Shown here piece after piece: positions 61,961 to 64,000 of a DNA stretch of 64,000 bases. The notes below the pieces were generated by a model. The model ran no database searches and had not been told where the DNA came from. It was given only the letters and a program-made list of their open reading frames with translations. Origin of the DNA: an uncultured Alphaproteobacteria bacterium (GTDB lineage: Bacteria > Pseudomonadota > Alphaproteobacteria > ATCC43930 > CGMCC-115725); the NCBI GenBank assembly GCA_963735445.1, contig CAVTLC010000048.1:5721-69720 (forward strand). Direction: 5' to 3'. A program made the position numbers and the translations under genes. Every line of letters begins with the position of its first letter. Position 1 is the stretch's first letter.

Positions 61961-64000
61961 ATGCGGGCGACGGTAAGCAGAACGGGTATCGGGCAGCCGG
62001 TGCGGCGCAAGGAAGATTTTCGGCTGCTGACCGGCAGAGGCTGCTTTGCCGACGACATCGCACTGCGCGGGATGGCGCACGCGGTGCTCGTACGCTCGCC
62101 ACACGCGCATGCGCGCCTCGTCTCGGTCGACAGGAGAGCAGCACTCGCCGCACCCGGTGCGCTCGCAGTGCTGACCGGGGCCGACTATATCGCCGACGGG
62201 CTCGGGCCGATCCCGCACAATCCCGCGCTCTCGGCGCCGCCCGATGTGCAGGCGCGAACCTGCGGCTTCCCTCCGATCGCGACCACCCACTTCCCTCTGC
62301 CAACCGACAAAACCCGCTATGTCGGCGAACCTGTTGCTCTCGTGGTCGCCGAGAGCATCGCCGCCGCCAAGGACGCCGCGGAACTGGTCGACATCGCCTA
62401 TGAGCCGCTGCCGGCGGTGGCGCGCGCCGCCGAGGCGGTGGCGTCCACAGCGCCGCTGCTGTGGAACACCGCACCCGGCAATTTGTGCATCGATATCGAA
62501 GTCGGCGACGAAGCCGCCACTGCCGCGGCATTTGCCGGCGCGGCACATGTCGTGCGGCTCGAAACCTGGGCGCAGCGCGTCACTGGCGTACCGATGGAGC
62601 CGCGTACCAACCTCGCCGATTACGATCCGGCGACGGGCCAATACACCCTTTACACCGGCAGCGGCCGCGGCGTCGCCAAGGTTCGGCTCGACCTCGCCCA
62701 GATGCTCGCCGTCTCGCCGGAGCAGGTGCGGGTTGTCTGCCACGACATGGGCGGCAATTTCGGGACGCGGAACCTCTTCTACCCCGAATATGCGCTGCTC
62801 GCCTGGGCGGCGCGCCGGCTCGAACGACCGGTCAAATGGACTTGCGAGCGCCACGAATCGTTTCTGAGCGACTATCAGGGCCGCGACTTGACCGTGTGGG
62901 CCGAACTGGCGCTCGACGCCGAAGGCAATTTCCTCGCAATCCGCGGCGTCAATCTGAGCAATCTCGGGGGTCACGCCATCGCCTTTGGGCCATTGCAGAA
63001 AGGCCTCGGGCTGATGTCGAGCGTCTATCGCATCCCGGTCGGCTACTTCCGCGGCCAAGGTGCGGTCAGCAACACGGTGTCGACCACACCCTACCGCAGC
63101 TCCGGCCGGCCCGAGGCGATGTTTGTCGTCGAGCGACTTGTCGATCTGGCGGCAGATCGGCTCGGGCTCGACCGGGTTGAGCTGCGCCGCCGCAATCTGA
63201 TCCCGCCCTCGGCGCAACCCTATGCCAACCCGCTCGGCGTCACCTATGACAGCGGCCACTACCAAGAGGCGATGGACGCCGCATTGGCGCTCGCTGATTG
63301 GGACGGCTTTCCGGTGCGCCGCGCCGAAGCCAGGCGGCGCGGCAAAATGCGCGGGATCGGTATTGCCAATTATGTCGAGATCACCTCGGGCGCCCCGCGC
63401 GAGCGCGGCGAAATCACCGTGCTGCCCGAAGGCAAGGTCGAGCTGGTCATGGGCACGATGGCCTCGGGGCAAGGCCACGAGACGAGTTTTGCGCAGCTTG
63501 CCAGCGAATGGCTCGGCGTCCCGTTCGACAGCATTGTCTACGTCGCCCACGATACGGCGCGCGTCGCCGCGGGCGGCGGCTCGCATTCCGGCCGCTCGAT
63601 GAAATTGGCGACCTCGATCATCGGCGCCGCGACCGACGAGATCATCGACAAGGGCCGGAAGATCGCGAGCTTTCTGCTCGAAACCGGCGAGGTCGACATC
63701 GAGTTCGCGCATGGGCGCTTTCGAATAACAGGCACCGACCGCGAGATCGGCTTGTTCGAGGTTGCTGCTGCCGCGGCTACCCGGCCGGATCTGCCGGAAG
63801 AATTGCAGGGGCCGCTTGCCGCGGTCTCCGACCAGACCCTGCCGGTCGCGAGTTTTCCCTATGGCACGCAGGTCTGCGAGGTCGAGGTCGATCCCGATAC
63901 CGGCGAGGTCGAGATTGTCGGCTATGCCGCGGTGGACGATGTCGGCCGTGCGATCAATCCGCTGATCCTGCACGGCCAGACGCATGGCGGCCTCGCCCAG
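61961..64000 (+). CDS. xanthine dehydrogenase/aldehyde oxidase family molybdopterin-binding subunit (CoxL-like), 3' partial at window edge
   Basis: Missing from the ORF track because no stop falls within the window. The ATG at 61961 follows ggag. My translation reads MRATVSRTGIGQPVRRKEDFRLLTGRGCFADDI...YVGEPVALVVAES...PMEPR...GGNFG...YRSSGRPEA...GQGHETSFAQL...AVDDVGRAINPLILHGQTHGGLAQ, and the frame stays open for 680 codons. Confidence 0.9.
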   Translation, partial: MRATVSRTGIGQPVRRKEDFRLLTGRGCFADDIALRGMAHAVLVRSPHAHARLVSVDRRAALAAPGALAVLTGADYIADGLGPIPHNPALSAPPDVQARTCGFPPIATTHFPLPTDKTRYVGEPVALVVAESIAAAKDAAELVDIAYEPLPAVARAAEAVASTAPLLWNTAPGNLCIDIEVGDEAATAAAFAGAAHVVRLETWAQRVTGVPMEPRTNLADYDPATGQYTLYTGSGRGVAKVRLDLAQMLAVSPEQVRVVCHDMGGNFGTRNLFYPEYALLAWAARRLERPVKWTCERHESFLSDYQGRDLTVWAELALDAEGNFLAIRGVNLSNLGGHAIAFGPLQKGLGLMSSVYRIPVGYFRGQGAVSNTVSTTPYRSSGRPEAMFVVERLVDLAADRLGLDRVELRRRNLIPPSAQPYANPLGVTYDSGHYQEAMDAALALADWDGFPVRRAEARRRGKMRGIGIANYVEITSGAPRERGEITVLPEGKVELVMGTMASGQGHETSFAQLASEWLGVPFDSIVYVAHDTARVAAGGGSHSGRSMKLATSIIGAATDEIIDKGRKIASFLLETGEVDIEFAHGRFRITGTDREIGLFEVAAAAATRPDLPEELQGPLAAVSDQTLPVASFPYGTQVCEVEVDPDTGEVEIVGYAAVDDVGRAINPLILHGQTHGGLAQ

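Noticed and set aside
61673-63985. 770-aa minus-strand ORF, the longest ORF in the track for this region
   Set aside because: It is the antisense shadow of the + strand CoxL-type gene (61961..64000). That gene translates into unmistakable xanthine-dehydrogenase-family motifs. It is missing from the track only because it has no stop inside the window. The minus product is Arg/Ala/Gly-rich low-complexity sequence typical of high-GC antisense frames.

Overview
High-GC window that looks alphaproteobacterial, perhaps Hyphomicrobiales/Rhizobiales-like (low confidence; based on DUF992, a dual cold-shock-domain protein and gene content). No rRNA, tRNA or CRISPR array was found. (1) About 0.1-26.3 kb is a mosaic surface-glycan locus that depends on an ABC transporter (Wzm/Wzt). 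It holds a GT2-GtrA fusion with a divergent polytopic membrane protein, a GT4, an RgpF-family protein, and two tandem Zn-ribbon methyltransferase paralogs, one with a C-terminal coiled coil. It also holds a methyltransferase / split-transketolase / DegT sugar-modification cassette, an RmlD-like reductase, and two large proteins that share an uncharacterised GT-A-like N-terminal module of about 330 aa. The locus carries several rearrangement scars: an IS OrfA remnant, a truncated SIS gene, and relic 5' ends of a second GT4 and a second degT. (2) 26.4-47 kb holds housekeeping genes (tyrS, anmK) and accessory redox/catabolic genes: LLM oxidoreductases, NHL propeller, amidohydrolase, VOC, two MFS transporters, acyl-CoA dehydrogenase, crotonase, ureohydrolase, RadC, MarR. 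(3) 48.0-54.8 kb is the most unusual part. A periplasmic redox module (ModA-like binding protein, cytochrome b, Tat-lipoprotein Mo-oxidoreductase) overlaps by start/stop codons with a DUF2064 (CofC-like) - radical SAM/SPASM - GT2 trio. A GT-C-like membrane protein on the opposite strand converges on that trio. (4) gltB, gltD, a decayed orphan antitoxin and a 3'-partial CoxL-type molybdoenzyme gene close the window. Caveat: I count about 18 apparent frameshifts in 11 otherwise intact genes, including essential tyrS and gltB. Several sit at short homopolymer runs, so many 'pseudogenes' here may be sequencing or assembly indels rather than real decay.
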